Source: a virus
IMG/VR virus record: IMGVR_UViG_3300037722_000745
Coordinates: 229,116-293,115 of that record
Reading direction: 5' to 3' (one strand)
DNA length: 64,000 bases
Below, in pieces: positions 22,859 to 32,601 of this stretch (position 1 is the stretch's first letter; every line of letters starts with the position of its first letter). The position numbers were made by a program, and so were the translations under genes. The notes beneath the pieces were generated by a model. It was given only the letters and a program-made list of their open reading frames with translations. It did no database searches and was not told the origin of the DNA.

Positions 22859-25800
22859 TCATTCCTCCGGGACCAGTTCTTCGAGACGAGATGAGATGTC
22901 CGCGAGGTCGTCATCAAATGCTTTGTCTCCCGACTTCGTGCGGAGTGCCTTCAGGCGAGCTTCGGCCAGGGCATGGAAGTCTGGATCCTTCTCGATTCCG
23001 ACGTACTGACAGCCCGCCTGAATAGCCGCTACACAGGTTGTCCCTGTTCCGCAGTACGGATCGAGCGTTGTCCCACCTCGGGGCGTAACGAGCTTGACCA
23101 ACCATTCCATGAGGGAGAGAGATTTCATCGTGGGGTGAGGGTTCTTCGCTCCCTTCATCCAACCTTCACGCTCTTGCTTGCTGACCTTCGCTGTGTAGAA
23201 GAATGGAGCCTCAGGCTCGAACTGACCGAAGTAGCGTGAAGCCCCTCCTCCCTCACCCACTACCGATGATGGTTTTGACCCATCAGCAGTTGTGACTGCC
23301 CCGTGGTAGCCCATACCCTTTTGACATTCACCGGAGAACCATCCCGGGGCTCTAAAACCGCTCTGCTTGTCCAACGCCTTGACCGGACACCCCTCGACAC
23401 ACTCGTAGACGGGGATCTCCTCCATCCCATCAGCATCACCTTGCGGCTCTGACGTGTAAGAGTGTCCGGCCCCATCACCGAACGGCTTCATCCCGTCATC
23501 GAAGCGGTTGATGACGGGGGCCTTGACCCGCTTCGAACCTACGACCTCACACTCGGTCGAATGAATCATCAGAGTGTTAGCTGGCCAACGCCCATGATTG
23601 TGGACCTCCGTCTCCACACCCCCGACCATCCCCTTCACCATCGTGTTGCGAGCTTTGCCCGGCGAACTGCTGTTGGTCCGCGTCGTGTGGCCGATCCGCG
23701 TCGCATCGATATTCAGCCCGCCCGTACCGTGCTTCAGAACGTTCTGAGCAACAGTAGCCTCCGAAAGAGGCTTACGGAACACTAATATCGGTTCCCACGA
23801 GGGTTTAAGAGCCGTGCCAAGGCCATCAAATTGTGAAGCGGCTTCGGAGTCCACCCCTGCCTTCAACACCGCTTTCTTCACATTTAAACTCTTGGGAAAA
23901 CCAGAGTTACCTGTGATGAACACCCTACCATTGCGTCGAGCTACGAACGCCCCAGTCTCCACGCGAACACACCACACCTCCCCGTCATAGTCTTTCAGAT
24001 GGGTCGCATGGAGATGTCTGGACTGTAATTCCGTAGTCCGATTGTCGTGCAACGAAACACAACGCTTCTTCGCGTTGTCCCGACCTTGCCACCCGATCAT
24101 GTGGGCCAGGACCTGAAACCACTCACGGTCAACACCGTCTTTTTGGTAGAATTGCTTCTGGCCTACAGATCCATCCCCGTCCATAGCTGCGGATAGAAAC
24201 GCCCTCTTCTCATCAAGGGTCATCCGCCACAACAGGTCGTAAGTTGGATGTTTGCCGGGCAAGATCTCTCGAACACTCAGAGCCGGTTCGCCCGAGAAGA
24301 ACCACGTGTATTCTGTGTACTCCCGGCCCTTGTATGTGCGTACCCTCTCGTACTTTTTGAAGTCGGGAGCGAACTTCTGAGTCAACCGATCAATCTCAAC
24401 CACATGGTCGGGATTGACACTGCTCTGGTAAATGCGAACACCCGTCCAGGAGTTATCGAATCCGCCCTCAGTCCAGATCCACGCCAAGAAAGCAGCGTAG
24501 TCTTCCCCGCCAATCCCCGCCCCATCGTGGTACCCAGCCAATGGTAGCTTGATTGCTTGCCACCGATTGATCTCAGCAGCCTCCATCGGAACCCACTCTT
24601 CCTCGAACCACTTGCGACGGGTTTTTGCTACCTGTCTACGGATAGCGTGTCGCTTGAATACGCGATGGTTAGGGGTCAGTAGCTGATCGGTGTTGTCGTT
24701 ACGAAAGCACACCATCGACCCCTGGTAAGGGGCTCGGAACACTTCTAAGACAGGACGTAATCCAATCCCCTCTGTGGCCGGGTCCCACGTGGCTACCGAC
24801 AAACCTTCTTTGAGTTGGTCCGGTCCCACCCACCCGTGCTCAGTGAGAATCTCACTATCCTCACTGAGACACCCGTAAACCCACTGGAACACCTGGACGC
24901 TGAACTGCGCTGCTACGGTATCTCGACACTCAAAACCCGCGAATCGCAGTCCCATCGAGATTAAGTCGAACGTGCGGGTGGAGCCAAAGCTCAAGAGGTG
25001 CCCGCCGGGCTTGAGGGCGCGGTAGCATTCCCTCCATACGGCAACGGGCGGGATTTCCCAGGTATGACCCATAAAATCTTTATGTGTCTTGTGTGGTGAA
25101 TGGAAACGATCCAACAGAACCCTTGGCACCGCAACGTTCAACGTAATTGCCCCGCCTGCGGGCAACCCTACCTTGCAAGTCAGAAAGCGCTTGAGAAGCG
25201 TCGTCAGACTACCTGCTCCAGACGCTGTTCCTATACACTCCGAGGAAGTCAGAAGAAGTCGAGCGTCGGCTTGGTCTGCGGGGTCTGCAAAAACGAGTTC
25301 ACCAGAAACCCGAGCCACATCAAGGGTAAGCACGGCGCAAACTTCTGTAGCCCTATCTGTCACTATAAAGGGCGCTCCCTCGGGCTCTCCAAACGGATTG
25401 TGTACAAGCCGTACAACCATACGAAACAAGGCCGGGCCAACCGAAGTAAAGCAGCCGCACACCTCTACGCATCCGGTAAAGGTTTGGCTTTCCCGAAGAC
25501 AGAACTGGCGGTCCTTGAGCGCCTCAAAACCCAAGGAATCAACGTTGTCCACCAGAAGGTTGTCGAACTTCCCGACAGGGCCTATGCGGTTGACTTCTTT
25601 TTCCCCACTAGAGCCGACGGGGGTTTGATCATCGAATTGGATAACCCCGGACGACATGATCGGGGGTTGATGCACGCTGACTTTGAACGAGACAAGATCT
25701 TGAGCGAATTGGGGTTCGAGGTCGTCCGCTTGTGGGACAACGGACGACCGGAGAATGCTATTCGCGCAGTGCTGGACACCCTTCTTCAATGGCCCGAGAG

Positions 25801-25966
25801 ACGGAGCGCCTCCAAGGTACCGGATGATGTCCTCTGCGGTAGGTTCTCTAGAAGATAGACCATACGGGGGGTCAGTGACGATCGAGTCAACGCTGGAGTC
25901 AGGGAGCGTCTTCAGGACTTCGAGGCAGTCGCCCAGGTGGACCTGGTTAGGTTTCAGAGCTGGCAT
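22859..25966 (-). CDS. N4/N6 DNA methyltransferase (beta class) with an intein and a large in-frame insertion
   Basis: GDCLEVL...IVTDPPY at the N terminus; HPTMK...DPYCGTGTT...GIE at the C terminus. Confidence 0.9.
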   Translation of the reverse strand: MPALKPNQVHLGDCLEVLKTLPDSSVDSIVTDPPYGLSSREPTAEDIIRYLGGAPSLGPLKKGVQHCANSILRSSVVPQADDLEPQFAQDLVSFKVSVHQPPIMSSGVIQFDDQTPVGSSGEKEVNRIGPVGKFDNLLVDNVDSLGFEALKDRQFCLRESQTFTGCVEVCGCFTSVGPALFRMVVRLVHNPFGEPEGAPFIVTDRATEVCAVLTLDVARVSGELVFADPADQADARLLLTSSECIGTASGAGSLTTLLKRFLTCKVGLPAGGAITLNVAVPRVLLDRFHSPHKTHKDFMGHTWEIPPVAVWRECYRALKPGGHLLSFGSTRTFDLISMGLRFAGFECRDTVAAQFSVQVFQWVYGCLSEDSEILTEHGWVGPDQLKEGLSVATWDPATEGIGLRPVLEVFRAPYQGSMVCFRNDNTDQLLTPNHRVFKRHAIRRQVAKTRRKWFEEEWVPMEAAEINRWQAIKLPLAGYHDGAGIGGEDYAAFLAWIWTEGGFDNSWTGVRIYQSSVNPDHVVEIDRLTQKFAPDFKKYERVRTYKGREYTEYTWFFSGEPALSVREILPGKHPTYDLLWRMTLDEKRAFLSAAMDGDGSVGQKQFYQKDGVDREWFQVLAHMIGWQGRDNAKKRCVSLHDNRTTELQSRHLHATHLKDYDGEVWCVRVETGAFVARRNGRVFITGNSGFPKSLNVKKAVLKAGVDSEAASQFDGLGTALKPSWEPILVFRKPLSEATVAQNVLKHGTGGLNIDATRIGHTTRTNSSSPGKARNTMVKGMVGGVETEVHNHGRWPANTLMIHSTECEVVGSKRVKAPVINRFDDGMKPFGDGAGHSYTSEPQGDADGMEEIPVYECVEGCPVKALDKQSGFRAPGWFSGECQKGMGYHGAVTTADGSKPSSVVGEGGGASRYFGQFEPEAPFFYTAKVSKQEREGWMKGAKNPHPTMKSLSLMEWLVKLVTPRGGTTLDPYCGTGTTCVAAIQAGCQYVGIEKDPDFHALAEARLKALRTKSGDKAFDDDLADISSRLEELVPEE
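23906..24871 (-). mobile_element. Intein (322 aa) with LAGLIDADG endonuclease
   Basis: YG|CLSEDSEILTEHGW...TPNHRV...FLAWIWTEG...FLSAAMDGDG...VWCVRV...FITGN|S. Confidence 0.93.
25100..25858 (+). CDS. Zn-finger + DUF559/Vsr-like endonuclease nested antisense within the MTase
   Basis: CPAC, CSRRC, CGVC, CSPIC; TE...Q...VDFF...IIELDNPGRH...DFERDKIL..LGFEVVRL. Confidence 0.88.
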   Translation: METIQQNPWHRNVQRNCPACGQPYLASQKALEKRRQTTCSRRCSYTLRGSQKKSSVGLVCGVCKNEFTRNPSHIKGKHGANFCSPICHYKGRSLGLSKRIVYKPYNHTKQGRANRSKAAAHLYASGKGLAFPKTELAVLERLKTQGINVVHQKVVELPDRAYAVDFFFPTRADGGLIIELDNPGRHDRGLMHADFERDKILSELGFEVVRLWDNGRPENAIRAVLDTLLQWPERRSASKVPDDVLCGRFSRR

Positions 25967-25993
25967 AGATCCTCCGGTAAGGCTCTATGCCAT

Positions 25994-26761
25994 TTAGACG
26001 CCTACCTGAAGGTAATCAAAGTTGTTCTGGAGTACCTTGAGGATCTTTGCCTTGTACCCGACGTGCCATAGAGAGGGTGTTAACGGTTTGCCGGTCGAGC
26101 TGTAAGGATGCTTCAACAAGGACTCCACCCCATTGGCCACATCTCCAACGATTTCCTTGTCAGAGTACCCGTCGATCAATGAGAGCTTCACATAGAGTGG
26201 CGCATCAGGATGGATAGCTCTCAACTTGCTCTGCAGCTTAGGGAGTTGTCGTTTGAGTTGCTGCTCTACAGTGTCCTCGTCGAACACCGAAAGCTCGTGA
26301 CGACCCTCTTCCCCATCACTGAAGAAGATGTCACTGACCTCCCGCTTCTTCTTTAGGGCATTCAGCCCCTGTCGCCGGAGACCCGTATAGACATACTGCT
26401 CGGCATCACGCAAAGAAGACCCTTCACGTATCCCTTGAGATCCAGAACTGAGGAATCGAACCATGAAGTCCATCATCACCTCCTCGACAAAGTCCGGATG
26501 GCGAAATCGGCTCATCATCGAACGATAGGAGATCTTACCGAACTTCCTCGCGCGGTTCTTGTAGTCGTCAGGGATCCCCTGCACCCCTCTCTTGAGGAAC
26601 TCGGCGTACATCGCTTCCCCAAAAGCATCCGTGGTTGTCACCGCCAGACGAGTGAAGAAATCCCCGAGGCGGACCTGTAAGGGTAAAGAAGCCCAAAGCT
26701 GCCGTCGGAGATCACCAGAGGCTTGGACTAGCTTCGCTATGCGATCCATCACCAGAGCCAC
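25994..26761 (-). CDS. Sigma-factor-like protein
   Basis: Region-2-like EEVMMDFMVRF...YVYTGLRRQGLNALKK; region-4-like LSLIDGYSDKEI. Confidence 0.55.
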   Translation of the reverse strand: MALVMDRIAKLVQASGDLRRQLWASLPLQVRLGDFFTRLAVTTTDAFGEAMYAEFLKRGVQGIPDDYKNRARKFGKISYRSMMSRFRHPDFVEEVMMDFMVRFLSSGSQGIREGSSLRDAEQYVYTGLRRQGLNALKKKREVSDIFFSDGEEGRHELSVFDEDTVEQQLKRQLPKLQSKLRAIHPDAPLYVKLSLIDGYSDKEIVGDVANGVESLLKHPYSSTGKPLTPSLWHVGYKAKILKVLQNNFDYLQVGV

Positions 26762-26771
26762 GACACAAAAA

Positions 26772-27728
26772 CTAACTGAAATTCGGAGCCTCCGCCTTCA
26801 GAACGTCCACCACAGTACGGCGTACTCTAGGAGGTAACTCAGAGTCCCGAAGGGCTTGCATGAGCTTTGCACCCCCACCTAGGAAGGCAAGGACCTCACT
26901 CCTGTGGGTCTCCAACGGCTTGCACAGCTCTTCGTCTTCTGAGCACTCCGTAAGGGTGCTCAGAAGAATCTCTTTGGCCTCCGCCAGAGAGATCATGGTG
27001 TCACAATCCGGGGTGTTCACATCCGCTATCGTCGACTCCCAGACCACAGCATCACCATCCTCGTACGTCGGTAAGAGGTAGGGACGCTCTTTGTGCCGTC
27101 GCTCCTGCGTGCGGCAGAAATTCGCGAAGTGGTTTAAGACAGAGAAGGCCAAGTAGTTCTTGAACTGAGCGCGGGTAGCTTTGACTGAAGGCCACTTAAG
27201 GCGCTCACCTCTCACACGCTCATAGAGAACCCCGCCCCGCACGTCCTGACCGAGACGAAGTGCTGTGGGGATCGTCGTCAAATAGTGAATGTCCTCAATG
27301 GAAAAGAGAGCCTGACGCTTCAGGTAACCACTCTCCGGACTACCCTCAAACTCAGCAAGGTTGATCGGGGTAGGCATCCAGTTCCCCACGACGTAGATCG
27401 CCGGAACCCCGTTGATCAGAAGCCGCGGAGTCCCTCTGTGGTACGCGGCCATTGCAGCCTGCCACTGCAACCAGGAAACCCCAAGCACGTCGCAGACCTC
27501 AATCGCAGTGAGAACCTTGGGGCGTTGCTTCTCGATCTTGGCTTTGAAGCGATCCAACAGCTTCGCTTCTAGGATCTTCATCCAAACATAGCTGTGAAGG
27601 TCCTCAAAGTTCCTCTCCACCTTGTTGTACTTCTTGAGCAGTCGGAGGATCAACGCTCCATACTGACTGTGAAGCTCGTTGTAGTCTCGAGGTACAACAG
27701 ATCCACTAGACGACGAATTCGGCGTCAT
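26772..27728 (-). CDS. Sigma-factor-like protein with insertion in region 2
   Basis: YNELHSQYGALI...FEDLHSYVWMKI ... FKNYLAFSVLNHFANFCR. Confidence 0.6.
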   Translation of the reverse strand: MTPNSSSSGSVVPRDYNELHSQYGALILRLLKKYNKVERNFEDLHSYVWMKILEAKLLDRFKAKIEKQRPKVLTAIEVCDVLGVSWLQWQAAMAAYHRGTPRLLINGVPAIYVVGNWMPTPINLAEFEGSPESGYLKRQALFSIEDIHYLTTIPTALRLGQDVRGGVLYERVRGERLKWPSVKATRAQFKNYLAFSVLNHFANFCRTQERRHKERPYLLPTYEDGDAVVWESTIADVNTPDCDTMISLAEAKEILLSTLTECSEDEELCKPLETHRSEVLAFLGGGAKLMQALRDSELPPRVRRTVVDVLKAEAPNFS

Positions 27729-27729
27729 T

Positions 27730-28480
27730 AGAGAGTCTCCCTGAGTCGGATAGACCCCTGGTCAGAGGGGAGAGCGAGAGGCTGATCTGAGTACCTGCCG
27801 GAGCAGGAGGCGTCAACCAAATAATGAGGACCAAGCTCGATTTGTTTGAACGAGATCCACGAACTCAGAACTCACCGCTAAGAAGCTATTCCACAAAGAC
27901 ATTACCGTGGGTTAACTGTGGATAAGTTGTAGGTTAAGGTGAGAGCGTAACCTAGATTCACACCAGGACGAATTAGCTAGTTTGGGCCTATACTGAGTGA
28001 AGGTGGATTACGATGACCTGCACTGAGAGGACGAGCTGTGCTTACTGTAGCGAGAACTGTTGTTGCGGTATCTGCGTTTAGGGGATGAGAACTGAGATGA
28101 TCTGAAGAACTGGTTTTGATAGGAGTATGATTTCTGTCTCTAGTTTCGGTTAACTCAGAAGAGAGGACTCACTCTTCTGGGAGGATCAGATCGGCTCTAA
28201 CCCTCTCGCACCTACTTAGCCAAGCACGCTGTCTCCGGGAGAACTCACTTGCAGCGAGAACCGATTCCCTGCGCACTCTCTCCTGATCTCCAACTCGAAG
28301 CTCCGAGCAAATGAGATCGTCAGCATCCAGTCTCCTGGCTAGAGCAGTTGGCCTTTTCACTGGGCTCCCGGGGAGCTTCCCGGGCCATGTGTCCTGCCCG
28401 CTTCGCGGGCGAGGCACGGGGCCTGAGGACCGAACCCTGTTTCCAGGGCTGTTCAGGGGGTACACCAGACCTCCACCGTT
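27730..28480. other. Long non-coding region with DnaA-box match (candidate origin/control region)
   Basis: TGTGGATAA at 27917-27925, near match TATTCCACA at 27887; lower GC; gene orientation diverges here. Confidence 0.4.
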
Positions 28481-28819
28481 TTGGTGTACATCCTCCTCAT
28501 GACGGCCACTTTTTTGGAGATGGAGGATCTTCCCGGCACGACTCGCGTCAGGGTCGATGTTCCCACCTTGAGACTAGGTGATCCTCTAAAGCTTCGATTT
28601 CGTTTGGAACGGATTCATTTGGGTAGGCGGGAGCAGCTCGAGGTGAGCGGGGGTTTCCGGGTCACCTCGATCTCGCACGAAATTGATCCCTACGGGTACC
28701 GGCAGATCGCAAAGATCGCCGCGGTGGGAGTGCCGCCGTCCTGGAAGGCAGTCAAATTGAGCCCCACCGACCGCCGTCAGTTGCCCCCCGCAAAGTCACC
28801 TCCGACGTTGGTCGAGTGA
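28481..28819 (+). CDS. Hypothetical protein
   Basis: ORF. Confidence 0.6.
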   Translation: MVYILLMTATFLEMEDLPGTTRVRVDVPTLRLGDPLKLRFRLERIHLGRREQLEVSGGFRVTSISHEIDPYGYRQIAKIAAVGVPPSWKAVKLSPTDRRQLPPAKSPPTLVE

Positions 28820-28830
28820 GGTTGCTCGAC

Positions 28831-29200
28831 TCAATGGGACCGCCGACTCACTAAACCTTCGGCCACCAACACATCACAGACGAACGAAACCTGGGCAATT
28901 CCAGGATCATCACTGAACCACTCAACGTGAAGCCGTTGGTCTGAGATCACCTCATTGTCCCTTAGGCGTTTGCAACGATCACGGCAGAAAGACCTCTGGA
29001 GCCCGGTCACCTTGGAGAGCTTGTCGGGGTTGGTTGTCCCACTGTGCGGAATCGCCAACAACAAGAGAGCAGAGCTTCTCTGTGTGCCTTCCAGCTCCAT
29101 CTCGTCAAACAAGAGAGCAGAGCTTCTCTGTGTGCCTTCCAGCTCCATCTCGTCAAACGCCTGGTTGATGAATTTCAAAGCCTCGTCGGTCAGCGGGTGG
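28831..29200 (-). CDS. Winged-HTH-like protein with 16-aa tandem duplication (start uncertain)
   Basis: NPDKLSKVTGLQRSFCRDRCKRL HTH-like; FDEMELEGTQRSSALL x2. Confidence 0.55.
29060..29158. repeat. Perfect 48-bp tandem duplication
   Basis: Units start at 29060 and 29108. Confidence 0.95.
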
Positions 29201-29588
29201 TAAACCTTTCGGCTACGGCGCTTGCGGCCTGGAATCGCTTTTCCGTCCGCCACTTCCGAAAGGGGCTCGGTTCCGGCACCTTCGTCCGCTTCAGGGGTGG
29301 TACCGGTTTGAGCTTTGCTGGAGCTTGCAGGGGTTCTGGGGGCTGTGGCGGACGGACAGGGGCTGGCGGCGGGTCTCTCGGGATCCTGGGTTTGTGGGGC
29401 TTCCTGGGGCGCTGGGGTGGCCTCGGCCGCTGCTGCGGGTCTTCGTTCGGATCCGGCTTCTCGAACCGCTCCGGATGATCCTTGAGAGTCTCGGGTAGAA
29501 CCCAGACGATCCGCCCGGTCTCGCGGTTTTCCGCTGGGACCTCGTTGTCGGCCGCCCAGCGGGCCAGGACTCGGATTGGACTCACCAC
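29190..29588 (-). CDS. Pro-rich hypothetical protein
   Basis: RVLARWAA N-terminal motif and Pro/Lys-rich body. Confidence 0.6.
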   Translation of the reverse strand: MVSPIRVLARWAADNEVPAENRETGRIVWVLPETLKDHPERFEKPDPNEDPQQRPRPPQRPRKPHKPRIPRDPPPAPVRPPQPPEPLQAPAKLKPVPPLKRTKVPEPSPFRKWRTEKRFQAASAVAERFTTR

Positions 29589-29755
29589 ACACAGACTAAC
29601 TCACAGAATGATCAGGGACCGGTGTAGCACAACATGAGTGTAGAGTCAGGATCGCTTGCGGGAGCGTCTTCGATCACACCGTCGTTCGGCTTTGACCGAG
29701 AATATAGTTTGAACTTGTCTTAGCGGTCAACTGCTAGGCGCCCATCCATTCTCGG

Positions 29756-30040
29756 TCAACTTGAGGGCTCGGGCCATTTGTACCCTGGCCGCCGCCTGCG
29801 GGCCTCTTCTTCGGTCATCTGCTCCAGACCGCCCTCCGCGTACCAAGCGTGCCGACAATCCCTACACTTGTAATGTGTGGGTATGGAATACCCGACAGCC
29901 ACGGAGGTGCTGCCGCACGAAGGGCACGAGGGGGTGTCAGTCAATGAAGCAACCTGCCCTTTCGATGCTCGGTCAAACGCTGGTCTACCAGCCGGTTCAG
30001 CACACTCTAAACAGGTTTCGGCCACCGGTTCAATCCCCAA
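29756..30040 (-). CDS. Zn-ribbon protein
   Basis: CLEC, CPSC, CRDC. Confidence 0.6.
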   Translation of the reverse strand: MGIEPVAETCLECAEPAGRPAFDRASKGQVASLTDTPSCPSCGSTSVAVGYSIPTHYKCRDCRHAWYAEGGLEQMTEEEARRRRPGYKWPEPSS

Positions 30041-30053
30041 GGTGGAGCTACCC

Positions 30054-31511
30054 TTACGCCTCGAACTGTTTGAAGAACTCGGGGTTGGTCAACGCGGTGT
30101 GGGCGAGCTTGGCTCCAAGGCGGGTGAGTGCCTTGTGGTATTTTTCATCCAGGTGATTCATGGCGTAGTGGTGGCCAAATTCATGAATGATCAAATCGGT
30201 CACACCTTCAAAGTTCTTTTGCAGGTCAAACCAGCGTTTACCAAGCTTCGGAACATTGAACGTCAAATGGCCGGGGCCGTAATTGGCACTGTAACCTTGC
30301 GTGGGCTCGTTCTCCATGGTCACAGCAATATTCACGTCCATCAGCCTTAACGCGAGCCCTCTGGCGTAATCCGCCACGGCCTGCATCCCGTTGGTCCACT
30401 GGTGCTCTGGGATGATCCGAACAGGGTCACCCTCGGGGTCGTAGGGCTTCGGGGTTGGGAACAGTTGCCCAGACGGTTGGGCGGCTCCTGTCCGCCGGAT
30501 GTTCGCCCACGCTGGCTTGGAGAAAGTACCCCCAGGAATGACTGTGTGGCCGTGGGCAAAAGCTTTGGAGTTTGCCTCAGGATCAGATGGGTCGTAGATC
30601 GTCCTAGCCTCACCGAACCGGTGAGTGAGTACCGCCTTGACGGCAGCATCACTCACGTCGGGGTGTTCGAGGGCCTCTTGGAGCAGAACGTTACTCGCAT
30701 CCTCAGTCTTCAATTGATTGTGCATCTCATTGAGGACAGCCACTGAAAGGGCCTTGCGGTAAGCATTAGTCACGTTGTCCCGGTCCGCATTGAGCGGGAC
30801 CTTTTGCTGGATGTTCACACTCCAGGGAAGGTCGAGTTCCACGACGGGGATCCCCATCTCGTAAAGGAAAGCCGGTCTGCCTTCACCGAGTTTGTATAGC
30901 TCAACCTCGGTCTTGCGGGTCGTGCGCTTGAGGTTCCCCTCGTCATCAGAGATTTCAGTCGCAAGCGCTGCTTCGAAGCGCTTGAAAGGCTCTCGGAAGG
31001 GGATCTCGACCCCATTAATAGTCGTCTGGATCGGAGGGAGTAGAAGCTGCGCAGCCTCAATCACCTCCGCCTGTTCCGCTCGAGTCATGCGGATGACAGC
31101 CTCGAACAGTGACCCGACTTCACGCTTGGTCTGTTTAACCGTTCGAGTAAATTTGCCGCTTCGCTGCTCGAACAGAATCGTCCCGGTTGTAGTCGAGATC
31201 GTGGCACTCTCACAAGCCGCTAGCACAAGCTTCTCCCCCAAATTGAAGCGACCTCGCTTTCGGGAATCGGCCTTCTTTTCGCTTGAGGCGTACAGCGTGT
31301 ATGCATGGGAGAGATCACGAAACCCGTCGGGATCATCATCGTAGACGGAGAAATTCACGGCCGGTCGGTTGGGGATCGGGGTGAGGGTTACGACCGCTTT
31401 GGTGGCCGAGGTGTCCCAGGCATTTTGAACCAACTCGTAGAGGACAAAGGCTAGCCCACGACGTCGGACAAGCTGGGCTAGACCCTTCTTATCTACTTCG
31501 AACCAACCCAT
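30054..31511 (-). CDS. GHKL (HATPase_c) ATPase with C-terminal HEXXH
   Basis: ELVQNAWD, DDDPDG, GRFNLGEK, GS; IIHEFGHH. Confidence 0.85.
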   Translation of the reverse strand: MGWFEVDKKGLAQLVRRRGLAFVLYELVQNAWDTSATKAVVTLTPIPNRPAVNFSVYDDDPDGFRDLSHAYTLYASSEKKADSRKRGRFNLGEKLVLAACESATISTTTGTILFEQRSGKFTRTVKQTKREVGSLFEAVIRMTRAEQAEVIEAAQLLLPPIQTTINGVEIPFREPFKRFEAALATEISDDEGNLKRTTRKTEVELYKLGEGRPAFLYEMGIPVVELDLPWSVNIQQKVPLNADRDNVTNAYRKALSVAVLNEMHNQLKTEDASNVLLQEALEHPDVSDAAVKAVLTHRFGEARTIYDPSDPEANSKAFAHGHTVIPGGTFSKPAWANIRRTGAAQPSGQLFPTPKPYDPEGDPVRIIPEHQWTNGMQAVADYARGLALRLMDVNIAVTMENEPTQGYSANYGPGHLTFNVPKLGKRWFDLQKNFEGVTDLIIHEFGHHYAMNHLDEKYHKALTRLGAKLAHTALTNPEFFKQFEA

Positions 31512-31633
31512 ACCTACCTCCTAGCCAGTTTTTGACGGTCTTCGGGTATTACAATCAAGAGCACCAGAAATTAAAATCAGATCCAGCTCACCAGGTCTCC
31601 ATTTCCCACTCATGTGATCCCTAGGGTGAAGTC

Positions 31634-32143
31634 ATGCGAGATTATGAGGGCAGAAACAGCTTCTACCCAGCAGCGAAGAAAGTGTTCGCCAACCCAATTG
31701 TCAAATGGGTTGGCGGTGCCGCCCTTGCTGCGATCACCGCTGCGGTCACTACAGGGATCTGGCCCTTTTTCAAGGGCTGGGTGATCACCAGAGCCTCGAC
31801 GGAAGTAGTCACCCAATTGGACACCCGTCTAGGTAAATTGGAATCCGCCCGCGTAGTGTCCATAGGCAACCTCAATACGGATGATACCAGTGCGTTGACT
31901 GAAGGTGAACGCCTTCAGTGGGTAATCATCCGACTGAAGCGTTTAGAAATGAGATCGGTGCAAGAGATGCGCAAGAGGATTGGGTTGGAGGCCCGTCTTC
32001 GTATGCCCCGACCCAATTCAAAAGCCGCGGAAGGTGTGGCTGCAACGGTCAAATCTAAATTCGACGACTTGGTGTTTCGGGGGGAAGATCCCCAAGTAGC
32101 TGCGCAGAAGGCTCTAGAGTCAGTGTATGGGCAGGATGAATGA
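31634..32143 (+). CDS. Single-TM coiled-coil protein
   Basis: Hydrophobic WVGGAALAAITAAVTTGIW followed by a coiled coil. Confidence 0.7.
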   Translation: MRDYEGRNSFYPAAKKVFANPIVKWVGGAALAAITAAVTTGIWPFFKGWVITRASTEVVTQLDTRLGKLESARVVSIGNLNTDDTSALTEGERLQWVIIRLKRLEMRSVQEMRKRIGLEARLRMPRPNSKAAEGVAATVKSKFDDLVFRGEDPQVAAQKALESVYGQDE

Positions 32144-32601
32144 TCTATACAGAAACCAACGAGATTAACGCTTCCTGTTTACATGAGCATTTGTGGCAGG
32201 GAGGGCTCCCTCCTATAGGCCCCTGCGTCAAGAATGCAGGATTCGATTTCCTGGTTCTTTGCGCTCATGAGTATCAACCCCCTGCTCGTAAATTTCCCGG
32301 GGTGCGGGTTTGGCATGCACCCGCTGTAGATGACTTCGACTCACCCCCGACGAAACCAATGCTCGAAGTTGCGATAGCGGCAGCAAACAAAGTTGTCGAG
32401 GCCATTGGGCGAGGCGAGACTGTACTTGTCACCTGCATGGCAGGGGTTAATCGATCCAGCCTTGTGAGCGGTCTTGCTCTACACAAACTCCTCGGTCTAT
32501 CAGGGAAGGATGTTTGTGCGATGATCCAACTTCAGAGACCTGGCACTCTGACGAACCCTCATTTCACACAATGCCTCTCCAACCTCCCCCAACGATTTTA
32601 A
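32140..32601 (+). CDS. Dual-specificity protein phosphatase
   Basis: VTCMAGVNRS (CX5R), upstream DD, N..F. Confidence 0.9.
   Translation: MIYTETNEINASCLHEHLWQGGLPPIGPCVKNAGFDFLVLCAHEYQPPARKFPGVRVWHAPAVDDFDSPPTKPMLEVAIAAANKVVEAIGRGETVLVTCMAGVNRSSLVSGLALHKLLGLSGKDVCAMIQLQRPGTLTNPHFTQCLSNLPQRF

Noticed and set aside
25080..25800. Group I intron or second intein explaining the MTase insertion
   Set aside because: No C/S...HN splice motifs, and almost no non-coding room for a ribozyme core around the antisense ORF.
29200..29592. N-terminal half of ORF 28831-29592
   Set aside because: It is an alternative frame of the Pro-rich gene 29190-29588 and looks like shadow sequence.
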